This document shows, one piece after another, positions 40,872 through 53,385 of a DNA stretch of 64,000 nt. The DNA lies in contig MU053557.1 of NCBI GenBank assembly GCA_013239625.1, forward strand, positions 3,812,123 to 3,876,122, in the 5' to 3' direction. Position 1 is the first letter of the stretch; every line of letters starts with the position of its first letter. Source of the DNA: Lama guanicoe. Lineage: Eukaryota. The position numbers were made by a program, and so were the translations under genes. The notes beneath the pieces were generated by a model, which ran no database searches, was not told where the DNA came from, and saw only the letters and a program-made list of their open reading frames with translations.

Positions 40872-42334
40872 GTAAGTATCACACTCACCAAACCTCCCTC
40901 GCAAACACAAACTTCTAGAATAAGACTATGATACTTTCCTTGAGATATTCTAGAAAGTTCTGCACATACCCACCAATAGAAACTGAAGAAGTTAGCTTCA
41001 GGCAAATAGGTTAAAAACAAATGGGTCAAAAACAAACTTAAAGAATTATATAATAAATTACCTGAAAACAATTTTAGTTATTTTACTTTGTTATTATTCA
41101 ATTTGACTCGGGGAAATTTTTACAGATCTTTAAGAATTTTAATACAGTGTCTTATTTTTTCATTTATCTCTGATTAAAATTTCAGTAATTTTCATCCAGT
41201 GATGTTTGTTGTTGCTGTTAATAATTTTGTAAAAGATGAAATAAATTCTTAGAGGTGTAGTCAAGTTTGAAAATTCATCAAAATCAGAAACATGGAAAAC
41301 TTGCGTAAAATATTTTTACCGATGATAAATTTTCTCACAAGTTATTTTCAGACATTTTATTTTATAACAACTTATATGTTGCTAAGGCATCATTCTCTTT
41401 TAGTCTGATAAAAAGAGCCTTTCAATAAAGAATAGAGGAGATTATCCCTTATTATTCAGACTATTCAAACTTTACAGATAGTAGGTATATTAGGAAGATT
41501 CTATCAAGGGCCAATATTTATTGAATTTGCATGTTCATAAGAAACAACAGGTACTATAGATTTTAGCTAACTGTGAGATTCCTGATGAATTGCAACTTAT
41601 TATTAATAAAAATTTATTTAATCAATCACTCTTTTGGTCTGATTGCTCTAAAAGCAGGGAGATTAAACCCAGATAAAAAGTACCTCACTTCCAATACCAT
41701 TCTCATCATTTTCTTGTATTAGAGTTTCTTCCATGAGTGCCTTAATTTCCCTCAAGTTAACCATAAAATTTCTAAGCAAAAGGACTATATAACTCCCTGT
41801 CAATAATAACAGGACTAAGCAGATAGAATGATATTAATAAATATTGAGTCAATACATAATACATACATGCCTACATTTATACATAACATGACTGACACAT
41901 CAACACCAAAATTTTCCCAAGGGCAGTAGGGTCAGGGAGGCTTGATTTAGTATCTGCTATAAAATTCCAAATGCTCAAATATAGTTCAACCTCCATCAGT
42001 TAAGAACTGTGACATTATAGCCTCTTTGCCATTATTTCTCCTGTTACTTTCTACCTTTTCCAGTTGTGCACATTTTTACTTTCAGATAATGAACAGTTAA
42101 AACCAAAAGGTCTAAACCTTAGTAAAACTCTGAAATTTGTTTAAGATTCATGCTTTCTGCAGTTAGGCCAGATGTTACTCTGAGTGTGTTTAATTAACAC
42201 CTGCCAAATCACAGACACAGATGTGTGTAAATCAAATGATTGCATGGACTGCGACAGAGTTAAACCTTCTTCCAACCTCTGTAATGAATACGAATGATAC
42301 TGCACTGAGCATCATTTGCGCTTCTTTTTTATAG

Positions 42335-42380
42335 GAAAAGCGGTGGGAAGATCAACCTAAAGCACCCTGGAAAATGCTGA
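42335..42380 (+). CDS. SPINK6: SPINK6 coding exon 4 (VKSGGKINLKHPGKC-stop)
   Basis: tttatAG acceptor, phase 2, TGA at 42378-42380; spliced CDS is 243 nt, 80 aa. Confidence 0.96.
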
Positions 42381-42535
42381 ATCAGAACTAGTGTTCTCTG
42401 CTGACTCACCAGCTCACTTGTCCTTCTCTCTTGCTTCTGCTGACTTTTCTCTAGTGACTCCCTTCAATTTATAAATACACTCCTACTCTGCCTGGATTTT
42501 GGGGAGTTCAATATATTTCCCTTGATTTACTTGTC

Positions 42536-42541
42536 AATAAA
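42536..42541 (+). terminator. SPINK6 polyadenylation signal
   Basis: AATAAA about 155 nt after the stop, followed by a GT-rich element (ttgtttgtgttttt). Confidence 0.85.
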
Positions 42542-43399
42542 GTAAATTCTGTAGAAGCATTGTTTGTGTTTTTACTTCATGATCAAAAAAATACAGATAC
42601 AACATGGATTATTAATCTAGCATAAACTTGGATGAAAAGACCTGTTTTTCTGATTGAAATCAATCATGTAGTCACTGTGGGATCCTGGGAAATTCCTTCC
42701 CCCTCTCTTCTTCTTGGAATTTCAATGTGAATAATGAATATTTCAATGTGAATAATTAACAACATTATCATATGTTTACTAATATTGTATAATATTTATT
42801 ATTATTAACTCTTAAGAATTATAGGTTCTTCCCAATTCCAGGAAGAGTATTTTATATAAAAACAAAACATTTATCCTTTCTAGACCATAGTTTTCTAGTC
42901 TCTATAGAATGATGGATTTGGACTATCCTACATAAAGACATACTTTATTTGGTTTCCCAGCAAAATCGAAGGATTTAACAGACAGAAAGAAGTGAATGAA
43001 TATTCAATAAATAATGAAGAGATGTAAAGTCCCTGAAAGTGTGCACCTTAAAGAATGCAGTTAATTGATCTTAATCATGGAATAATACAACTGGATGAAA
43101 CGTGAGGAATCTTATGGCCCAGAGAAAGTTTAATTATACTGTCAAAGAAAAAAAAGTTCCAGTCTGTAGAAAAGTCAAGGTTAAAACATAGCCCTTTTGA
43201 TAATCAACTCAGTCTCCGTGTTGTTGGCTCAATCCTGTGAAGACAAGTTGGATATAAAAATATCTCATTCTAAGCAATCAAGTTGGAAGTGCTGAGAAGT
43301 CTCCCTTTGAGTACTCACATTCAGTAGAGCTTTGTTCACAAATAACATCTTCCTGGGTGAACTCACACAGAAGACTTCTCTAGATGCATTTACTAGGTA

Positions 43400-43895
43400 A
43401 TCAGCCCTGTGTCAGCAAATGTTTACTGAGTGCCTACTCCAAGGCAAGCTCTTTTCTCAGTACTTGGGATACAGTTATAGATGGGGGTGAAAAAGGCAAA
43501 CAAAAACAAAATCCTATCTTAATGAAGTTTACACTTCAGGAGGGGGAAATAGACAAAAACAATTAACATAATAAGTGAGTAACATAGTAATACTTGGGGA
43601 GAGACAGTGGCCAATGGCAGCACTAAGCCAGATGGTTAGAAGGGTTCTAACTGGGAAGACAAGGAGATGAGGGAGTTGGCCAAGAAAATATCTTGTGGAA
43701 GAGCAAAAGAAGCAGCTAGAACACAGTCCTTAAGGCTGGAACATACCTGATTTGTTCAGGGTTCAGCCAGGAAGCAATGGTGACTGAAGAGAAACGAGTG
43801 AGCGGGCAGATTACAGGCGATAAGGTCAGAGAGCAATGAGCTCAAACCATGAAAGATTTTGTAGTCACTGTTAAGATTTTCTCTTTTATTCTGCT
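43400..43895 (-). mobile_element. L2 3' fragment
   Basis: agcaaatgtttactgagtgcctact and downstream antisense L2 motifs. Confidence 0.75.
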
Positions 43896-44179
43896 GTATA
43901 AAATATGCTAACTATAAATATTAAGATCATATTTCTGCTTACAAAATCTCAGTTATATTTTACGCACATAGCTGTTAGCCTTTATGTATTTAATTGAAGA
44001 CGGCCTAACCCAACTGGGGGATGTGTCTGATATTTAGATAAAGAGCCTGAGAGTGGACTGGGTTATGCTAGGGAAAATAAACACCTCCTACTCTTTCGAG
44101 TGTGGGCTGTGTACTCTCCCATGCTTAAAGATTATTTCCCTTGCTGAAGAAAAATAACCACATAGTATATAATTAGGGT

Positions 44180-44425
44180 AAGGCGACAGTAAGAGGGTGG
44201 ATCCTTGAGTCACACTGACCAGAACGTGAGTCATGGCTCTGACATAAGCTGTGTGTTTTTGAACAAGTCATCTGACTTCTTCGTATTGTGATTTATCCAT
44301 CTGTAAAATGTGGATACTAGTATTTATGTCCTAAATTTATTGTGAAGAGTAAGAGAATGATGCACATAAGCACTTCGTCTCTGATACGTAACAAGAGCTC
44401 AAAAATCAGTAGCTTTTATTATTAC
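44180..44425 (+). mobile_element. MIR SINE
   Basis: gctgtgtgtttttgaacaagtca...catctgtaaaatg core. Confidence 0.75.
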
Positions 44426-46689
44426 GTTCTGCCATCAATTTCAGCGTTATACTGTCTTTATAAAGCACTGGTCAGGATATTTTTGCTCTTTTTCTCAGTA
44501 TTTACATAGTTTTTAAAATGTCTATCTTCTGTTCATTTAACATTTTTGAAAATTCTGTTGAAATGCTTTTTCCTCCTGTCATTTTTATCTGTGTACTAAA
44601 TTCCCTGCTCCTGAGGAAAATGAAGCCCTTTTCTGCAGTTTAGTTTCTACTCCCTGAAGCTCCTTAGCTACTCTGATGTCAACATGTACAGCACTATGTA
44701 TGGTTTGATGACTGAATCATTGTGCATTTTTGAAAGAACTACCTCTCCACACAGCACACTCTTCCTGTCCTACTCACACGGTCCCCTCCAGCCGGGCCGG
44801 GTTCCTGCCGGCTGTCCACACAAAAGCTTCCTTTCCACCACTTTGCCCTTTCCTGCCACCTTCTGCCACTCTGTCTGCCCTTTCTCCCTCGTACAAATGT
44901 CTTATCTAAATCTTAAGACTTCCATTTATTTCAAGGCTTGTGTCAGGTGCCATAAGTACGTGAGCAAAACACCACCTCATATCTAGTTCAGAGCTATTCT
45001 TTGGGTATGAAAGGGAAGCACGTAAAAAGCAAAAGGCGGAAGACCAGGAATCATACGCTTCTTAGAAGAGTCAAGTCATAAGTAAGAATCAGCACTCAAA
45101 ACTGTAAGCGTTTGGGTTCAGCAATGTATACCGTCTGTCAAATCTCAGTGAATACACAGTTAAGATTTATGCCTGTCATAGTCTGTATGTTTTATATCAA
45201 AAAAGAGGATGTAAACATGTAGTCTTACCTACAATATACAGAGTGAAGTTTAATATCTGCGATTTACTTTGTATTGCATCAAAGATGGATTAATAAACAG
45301 ATAAACAGAGAGATATGGGATGAAACAAGTAAAATGTCATGGTTCAGTCTAGATGATGGGTTTCCAGGGCTTCACTATAAAAGTACTTTAACACTGCTGT
45401 GTGCTTAAAACTTTTCCTTAAAAATGCTTTTTTAATGATTTTTTTTAACCCAGAAACTCTGCCAACAGGAGCAAATATTCATAATCCTGTTTGTGTTCCT
45501 CATTGTCGTGACATTGAGGACAGAACACAATGTTTCAAGTATAGATTGTACTCTTCTCTTCAAAGCGTAAAAAACAATTTCTTTGATCTGAATACCCGTA
45601 TCTATCATTACACCTTCAGATAAGGTGGGAACATTGTCAAAAACCGGGTCACACTAAACTTATAACCTCTAACTATCCTCAAGTATTTTTTTTTCCACGC
45701 CAACTGCTGCCAAGTCACATCTTGGTCAGTTCTTCTCCTTTTCACTGGCTTTTTGAAGCTAAGTTCCTTGCAAATACGATGCGGTGTGTCAATAATTAGG
45801 CTTAAGTGAAGGGGCCTTAGCTGGGGGCTTTTCTGTGCCAATGTAAAGGTTTCTTGAAGTGGACACACAAACTCACACGCACACTCTGAAATGAAAAGGG
45901 GAACAAGAAGGGGAAAAGGCTAGAGAAAATAATAACTATGATAAAGACTGAAATCATTCACCACTAATAAGGAAACCAATCCATTTACTTTTTCCCCTGG
46001 TCTCTGTGATAAGCGCACAAGCATTAACACATTTAAAATCAGCAAGAGCTGTGAAGCTGTAGCCCCTTTTATAAAAAGGAAGCCTAAGGTGGAGAGATAC
46101 AAATGACTTGGCCATGATCTTATAGTCAGGGAATTTCGGGATCTGTATTTACTCAAGATGGTTACATCAATCCATGTTCCTAAACTGCCTTTCACATAAT
46201 CATAGTAATTTGAGCGACTTGGATGTAAGGGCTGTGTCAGAGGGATTAGTCATATGTATCTGTAGACATCATAAATAGAAGTACTCATATTCAACAAAGG
46301 CTTAAACAAGTATGTGGAGAGGGTGACATGCATGTGCCATAATACCTAATACGTGAACAATTATGTTAGTTTTTTGTGATGAGGCTACAGTTCTGAGAAG
46401 GCCTGGTTCCAAGGGGCTACTAACTCTAAACCAGGCACTTAGTGAAATGCTCTTTCTTTCTCTGACTTTCCTTTTTTACTTTCCCAGAGCTAGTATTCAT
46501 GACTTCACAAAATTTTGGTTAATTACATTTCTGTGGCTTGACTTAAGAGGAAGTAGAACATATTTTTCCTTCTCTGGTTGGAAAAAATTTAGACCTAGCC
46601 TAATAAGAAAAAGGTAGCTTGTAGGCTCACTACAGCTACCCTTTAATTTGGTAAGATTCGTTTACTAAAAGCATGTACATATAAAGCCC

Positions 46690-47275
46690 AATTCCATGAG
46701 TTTTCGTATGTTGTGCTTCCATTTTCATTTGCCTCAAGTTTTTTCCCCCTTTTGACTTTTCCTTTGACCCCTTAATTTTGGGAGAATGTGTTTGTTCTTT
46801 AATTTCTACATAATTATGAATTTTCCAGTTTTCCTCCTATGGATTTCCAGTTCAATACCACTGTGACTGGAAAAAATACTTGATATGATTTAAATTTTTG
46901 TAAGTTTGGTAAGACGTGTCTTGTGCCTAACATGTGATCTATCCCAGAGAATGTTCTCTGTGCACTTGAGAAGAATGTGTATTCTGCTGCTGTTGGATGG
47001 AATGTTCTGTTTCATCTCGTTCATAACTTCGGTCCATCTGGTTTAAAGTGTAACTCAAATCAAATGTTCCTGTCTGGATGAAATTTTGTTGAAAGCATGA
47101 TGCTGAAGTCCTCTACTATTACCATACTGCTCTCTACTTCTCCTTACAGTGCTGTTCATATTTACTTTATATATTTAGATGCTTCAATGTTGGGGGCATT
47201 TATATTTATAATTGTTATATCCTCTTGATGAATTGCCCCCTTTACCATTATATAATGACCTCCTTTATCTCTTGT
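46690..47275 (-). mobile_element. L1 ORF2 5' (endonuclease) region, antisense
   Basis: cttgagaagaatgtgtattctgctgctgttggatggaatgttctg and ttgccccctttaccattatataatgacc. Confidence 0.85.
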
Positions 47276-47276
47276 T

Positions 47277-49385
47277 AAAACTTCGATGGAAGAAATTGAA
47301 GACACAAATAAGTCGAAAGATATCCTGTGTTAACAGATAGGAAGAATTAATATTGTCTAAATGTCTATACTACCCAAACTGCTCTACAGGTTCAATGCAA
47401 TCCCTATAAAAATTCCAATGGCATTTTTTCACAGAAACAGACAAAACAATTCTAAAATTCACATGGAGCCAGAAGACTCTGAATAGTTGAAGCAACCTTA
47501 ACAAAGAACAAAGCTAGAAACACGACCCAACATGATTTCAAATTTTATTATAAATCTATAGTAATCAAAGCAGTATGGTACTGGCATAAAAAAGGACACA
47601 AAGACCAATGGAACAGAACAGAGGATCCAGAAATAAACACACCTATGTGGTTAACTAGTGTTTAACAAATGCACCAAGAATACACAATGATAAAGTAACC
47701 TCTGCAATAAATGGCACTGAGGAAGCTGGATATCCATGTGCAAAAGAATGAAATTGGACACTTTTCTTACAAAACACACAAAACCAACTTGACATGGATT
47801 AAATACTTAAACACAAGACCTTAAGACTCCAAGAAAAAAACCCCATAAACTCCTAGGAAAAAAATAGGGACATCTGCTTGACACTGGCTTTGACAACGAT
47901 ATTTTGGATATGACACCAAAAGCAACAAAAAGCAAAAGTGGGACTACATCACATTAAAAACCCTCTGCACAGGAAAAAAAAGAGGATTAACAAAATGAAA
48001 AAGCAACCTACAGAATGGGAGAAAATATTTGTAAACTACATACCTAGTAAGAGGTAAATATCTAAAATATATAAGGAACTCATGTAACTAAAAAGATCTG
48101 ATTAAATAATGGGTAGAGGAACTGAACAGACATTCAAGGCATACAAATGGCCAACAGGTACATGAAAAGGTGCCTAATATCACGAACCATCTTAAAAATG
48201 CAAATCAAAACCACAGTGGACTATCACCACAGAACTTTAGGGTGGACATTATCAAAAAGCCAGAAGAGAACAAGTGTTGACAAAGATGTAGAAAAAAGGG
48301 AACTCTTGTACACTGTTGGGATTATAAATTGGTACATTATGGAAAACAACACGGAAATTCCTCAAAAAATTAAAAATAGAACTACCCTATGGCTCAGCAA
48401 TCCCACTTCTGGGTATACACCCTAAGGAGATGAATTCAGATCTCAAAGAGGTATCTCTGCTCCCATGTTCACTGCAGAATTATTCACAATGGCCAAAACA
48501 TGAAAACAACATAAGTGGCCATCGACAGATGAAGAGAGAAATTATGCATATATCGTTAAACGATAAACTGAGGCACATTAAAATTTACAAAACTTTATCT
48601 GGGCAAAAATCCATTCAAATCAGCCAGGGCCAAACTGAAAGTAGTTAGGAGTGCTTTGCTGACAGACGCTAAGGGAAAGGCTTTTAAAGACAAGATGTGG
48701 TGGAAATGTTCCGTATCTTGATTGTGGCGGTAGTTTCATAGATGTACACATCTATCAAAATCCATCAAATTGTACATCTGAAATATGTATAGCTTACTGC
48801 ACAGAAATTATACTACTATAAAGTTGTTCAAATTTTTTTTAGAAAAAGAATATGTGGAAGCAAAGCAAAGAACTTCTCTGAACAGCTACAGCTTAAGTGG
48901 TTATCTTGTTTGGAGAATTCTAGTCGGCAGTTAGTGATTAGTTGTTCTTAAGTTTTGTGGGGTTTTTTTGGATTCAATTGCACTAACTCTGCCTTAGCTT
49001 TGGGTTTGCTTACTACAAAGGCTACCAAGGCATTAGAGCCACGTCAGCCTAATCGCCTCTTTATTTAATTACTTTAACAATATATACAATTGAATATTAT
49101 TCATCCAAAAAAATGATAAGAAAATTCTGCCATTTGTAACAGTAAGAAGGAACCCAGACTTCATTATGCTAAATGTAACAGCCAGACACGGAAAGATAAA
49201 TATTGCATGATCTCACCTATATGTAAAATCTAAAAAGACACAGAACCAGAGAAAAGACTGGTGGTTGCCTAGGGCTGGGTGGGTGGGGAAAGGGTCCAAA
49301 CTTACAAGTATAAGATGAATAGTAAGTTGTGGAGCTCTATTGTACAGCATAGTGACTACAGCTAATAACACAGTATTGAAAAAGT
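47277..49385 (+). mobile_element. L1MA-like ORF2 3' part and 3' UTR, interrupted by an LTR
   Basis: ORF 48147..48425 (MANRYMKRCL...KMQIKTT) is an ORF2 remnant; the element resumes at 49084. Confidence 0.85.
48554..49079. mobile_element. ERV1-like solo LTR inside L1, itself carrying a short L1-type 3' end at about 48700-48850
   Basis: (c)GTTAAA...TTTAACA inverted termini with 4 bp TSD atat at 48550-48553 and 49080-49083. Confidence 0.7.
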
Positions 49386-50369
49386 GTGTAAGAAAAGGAT
49401 GTAAAGGCATCTGCTGAGGAAAAGAAACAGTAGTGGGAGAAGGTAACCACACAATTCTCAGGTCAGAGCCACAATGACAGTTACCTGAGTTATTTTAGTT
49501 TTCATATGAGTAATCTGACAATAAACTCTATCCTCAAGTTCCCATTACACAGAAAACTATTGCTCACCCAATAAAATCTCACTCATTCTGTAGTAGTAAT
49601 CTTTTTAGATGTGCAATGCTTTGAAAACTGTTTTATAAGCTAAAGCAGACATCATTAAATACTTTCTGAGTATTTTAAAAGGCGTTGAGTCCCTCCTACA
49701 GGTGTCATAACTATAGGTTAATTTCTGGGACTTACTGAAAACCTTCATACTCTTTTACGTAGGTGAAACCAGCAGAAATCTCATGAACACATCACCATGT
49801 ACCATTTCATTTTGACCGTTCTCAGGACACTAAGCTTTTTGTTCCTGAAATCCTAGAATCGGGAAAGAGATTTGCTTCCACTTGCTAATAAGCTCTTTAT
49901 ATGCCTGGTTTGAAGGAAACTGTTGCACCGTGGTGCCTAGGTGAGAAGTACAGTACTGCAGAAACACACTGAGAGGGAAGCCCTGTCTGATGGAAATGTG
50001 TAGGCTAGCTGACTAAGCAAAACAAAAAGATGGCAAAAGGGAAGAATCATTCTTCTCCATGAATTTCCTTCTTTGCTCCTCCAGCTCAAAGGTCATCCCT
50101 TCAGCAGGGGACTGGGCAACCTTCCTCCTTGCCAGCAACCCTCTCCTTGCCAGCAACCACTCTGTGCGCTTGGTACACCTGTACTGTCAACAGTCTGTCA
50201 GTTTCCTCCAGGAGGCAGAGCCCTTGGAGGACTTGGATTTGGAGCTCGACAGATGTCTTTTGTGTGAGTCCTACTACCAATTATGGGTTAAACGATAATT
50301 TGCTAAGCCTCAACAGTGTCACCTACACAATAAGAATAAGTTCACAGCAAAATTGAGTGAGAAATAGAC

Positions 50370-50700
50370 TTCCCACCATCAACCTCCCCACTAACCAGGT
50401 ACATTTGTTAAAATAAATGAATCAACATTGACACATCACTATTAATCAAAGTCTATAGTTTAAAATAGGGTTCATTCTTTGTGTTGTAGATTCTCTGGGT
50501 TTTGACAAATGGGCTGTCGACATGTATCCAATATTATAGTATCATATAGAACAGTTTCACAGTCCTAAAAATTCCCTGGGCTTAAATATTTATCCCTTTC
50601 TTCCCTTGAAGCTCTGACAACTGATCTTTGTATTATCCCTATATGTTTGCCTTTTTCAGAATGTCACTTAGTTAGAATCATATAGTATGCAACTTTTTCT
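50370..50700 (-). mobile_element. L1MC-like 3' end
   Basis: ggtacatttgttaaaat...gacacatcactatt...gggttttgacaaatg antisense motifs. Confidence 0.7.
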
Positions 50701-51870
50701 GGTTTTGGGTCTTAACTTCAACGTAGAAGGGGAAATTTTCCCCACACCACCAAAAAATTATCGGACACTGGCTGGGTGTCCTTAAATTCAACTCAATTCT
50801 GACATCACCTACTCAGAAACAGCATCACATTCTACAGGTTAAGGGTTTAGTCCTACAAGACTGATTCCTGTCCCCCATTTCAGAGCCCAGTCACTAGCCC
50901 AAGTGGTTACCTGGGCTTCTGACTGGTTGCCTGAAATTTTTTAATGTGCAATGTGAGAGCTGTGAGTTTCAGTTTTATTCAGGGACATTACTGAGGACTA
51001 TAGCCCAGGAACAGCCTCTCCAATAGCTCTGAGGAACTGCTCTGAAGAGGTAGAAGAGGCTGTGTGTGTGTGTGTGTGTGTGGTTTTGGCTAAGGAATAC
51101 ATGCAGTCAAGCTATATCTTTCAGAACGTTACTGTTAGTTATAAGGAACAGATAATCTCAGTTAATGATTTTAGTGCTTTTCTAAGCATGGGAAGATGCA
51201 AAAATCTAGGTTCATAAAAACTTTTCCTGAATACATCTAATTATCTAAGGGCCTGGTTTGCCTGTTTTCCCAAAGTACAAAGTGCCTCATCCTGTTCTTT
51301 GTCCTCAATTCCTTTCAGAATGTACTGTAGGTCAGCAACTGCTGTGGCTACTGACTTAACCCTTGTAGAGCTGGATGGTGGGCAATGTTCTTTGCTTTAC
51401 ATTTACCAGCAACAGATCAGATCAACAATCCCATCCAACTCAGGATGCCAAGGGCAAGTCCAGGTTGTTACCTGTACTACTGACCACCAGGTATAGAGCA
51501 GAGGTTCCCATGACCCCTTCTTTGGGTTCAATTAATTTGTTAAAATAGCTTTACAGAATTCAGAAATGTTCTAATTGCTAGATTACTGGTTTATTATAAA
51601 AGGATATAACTCAAAATCAGCTAGATTGAAGAAATACATAGGGCAAGATATGCAGGAAGGGCAGAGAACTTCCATGCCCTTCCAAGTGTGCCACTCTCCC
51701 CAAATCACCAACCCAGGAGCTCTCTTTGGGTTTTTATGGAGGCTTCACTTCATAGGCATGATTGATAAAATCATTAGCCATTGAAGGCTGATTCAATCTG
51801 CAGCCCCTCTCCCCTGAGGTCAGTGGGGTGGAACTGAAACTTTCAACGCTCTAATCACATAAGATACAAT
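50701..51870. mobile_element. MER21-like LTR with a second LTR nested at about 50926-51410, which includes (TG)n at 51061-51081
   Basis: gctgggtgtcc...aattcaactcaattctgaca MER21-like motif; the inner element has ttttattcagggacattactgaggactatagccc. Confidence 0.65.
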
Positions 51871-52109
51871 AAGTTAGAGAGAATGAGTTGTGCGAAAGAA
51901 TATTTATGTCTCAGTTGAGGACAGAAGACTTCACTTCCTATTGCATACTCAGAAAATAATTTCCTAGACTCCAATGCCTCACAACACTACTCCCCCTTAA
52001 CCCATTTGTCATAAAATAAAATCAGTGATTTTCATAATTACTTTAAATTATGTAACTCCTGTATAGAAGTCTATCACTCAGAGTAAGAATAATATAAAGT
52101 AAAATCTTT

Positions 52110-53385
52110 AGCACAGAATTCCAGTATGTGCCAAAATGAAGTAAGAGAGATTGGATTTACCCTCTCACCTGAGATGACTAGTAATCTAGGCAGAATATGT
52201 GAAACAGTGGTTTTAATACATCAGAGACAAGCACAAGACACTGATCCCTGAGGGAAGAAAGAAATGAGGTGATCCCCAAGATCGCACCAGTGTACTTCCT
52301 GGGCGGTTTCCAGGTGAAAACACAGGAAAAGGAAACCAAGCAGAGCCCACAGTGTCCATGGTTTGAGGACATGGGGGAAGACGAGCAGCTAGCGTTCACA
52401 GGGCAGAGTAAGAGAGCTCTGTAGTCTTCTGAATACTGACCAGCATTTGTGTGTTAGGAAAATACATAAGGACAAGAAAATAAACACACCAGTGGAACAG
52501 ACAGAGAACAATCCCTGGTGTCACAAAGGGCTAAATATATTTTATGGTCCCATTAGCCAGATTGGAAAACTTCACAATCCATGGGCATCTAGTAGAGTGT
52601 TCAGAGGGTCACTGCCTCTGAAATGGGGTAAAATGGGCCCTAGACTAAAGGCTACTTTGGTCTCATCTAATAAAATTTTAAAGCCAATCTCCAAATATAT
52701 ATATATATGTAAAATTTTGTATATACATTATATGTGTATATATATCAAGCTGTTTCCTGTTTCTAAGTAATTTAACTGCAATCCAAAGACAGAGATAAAA
52801 ATATTTATAGAAATAAAAGTATTCAGTGTCCAATAAAGTAAAACTCACAGTGTCTGGTATGCAAAGAAACAGGAAAACATGACCCTAAATCTGGAAAAAC
52901 ATCAATAATATAAAAAATGACACAAATGATATAATTGATAGATGAGGTTATTAAATCACTTATCCCTTATGTTCAAGAAGGTAGAGGAAAGATAGAGGAT
53001 GCTAGGTAAATAGATGGAAGATATATACATACATATATATATGCAGAGTATACTTCTAAAGATTAAAAAAAGCAAAATGTTTGAGAAGAAAAATACACTA
53101 AGTGGTATTAACAGCAGATTAGCCAGTGCAGAAGAAAAGATTAGTAAACTTGAAGACATAGCATTGGGAATGAACAAAAATAAAACAAAGAGAAAAAAAA
53201 TTAAAAAAATTATTGAAGAAATTGTTAAACTGTGGGACAGCTTCATGCAGCCTGGGAAAAGGGTGATGGAATATAAATACACTTATTTGAAGAAATAATT
53301 GTTATACAAATTCTAAACTTGATGACCACAATAAAGCCACAGATCCAAGGATGTTAACAGACCCCAAGTGTAAGAAATACGACCA
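52110..53385 (+). mobile_element. Ancient L1 5' region with ORF1 remnant
   Basis: ORF 53014..53298 contains KNTLSGINSRLASAEEKISKLED, an L1 ORF1 coiled-coil motif. Confidence 0.8.

Noticed and set aside
45399..45623. ORF containing IHNPVC, reminiscent of a Kazal motif
   Set aside because: No Cys II at the right spacing, no G-x-D/N-x-x-T-Y-x-N-x-C motif, and no matching splice structure.
50116..50160. Short tandem repeat ctccttgccagcaacc
   Set aside because: Simple slippage duplication with no unique spacers; not a CRISPR-like array, and none was seen elsewhere in this eukaryotic window.
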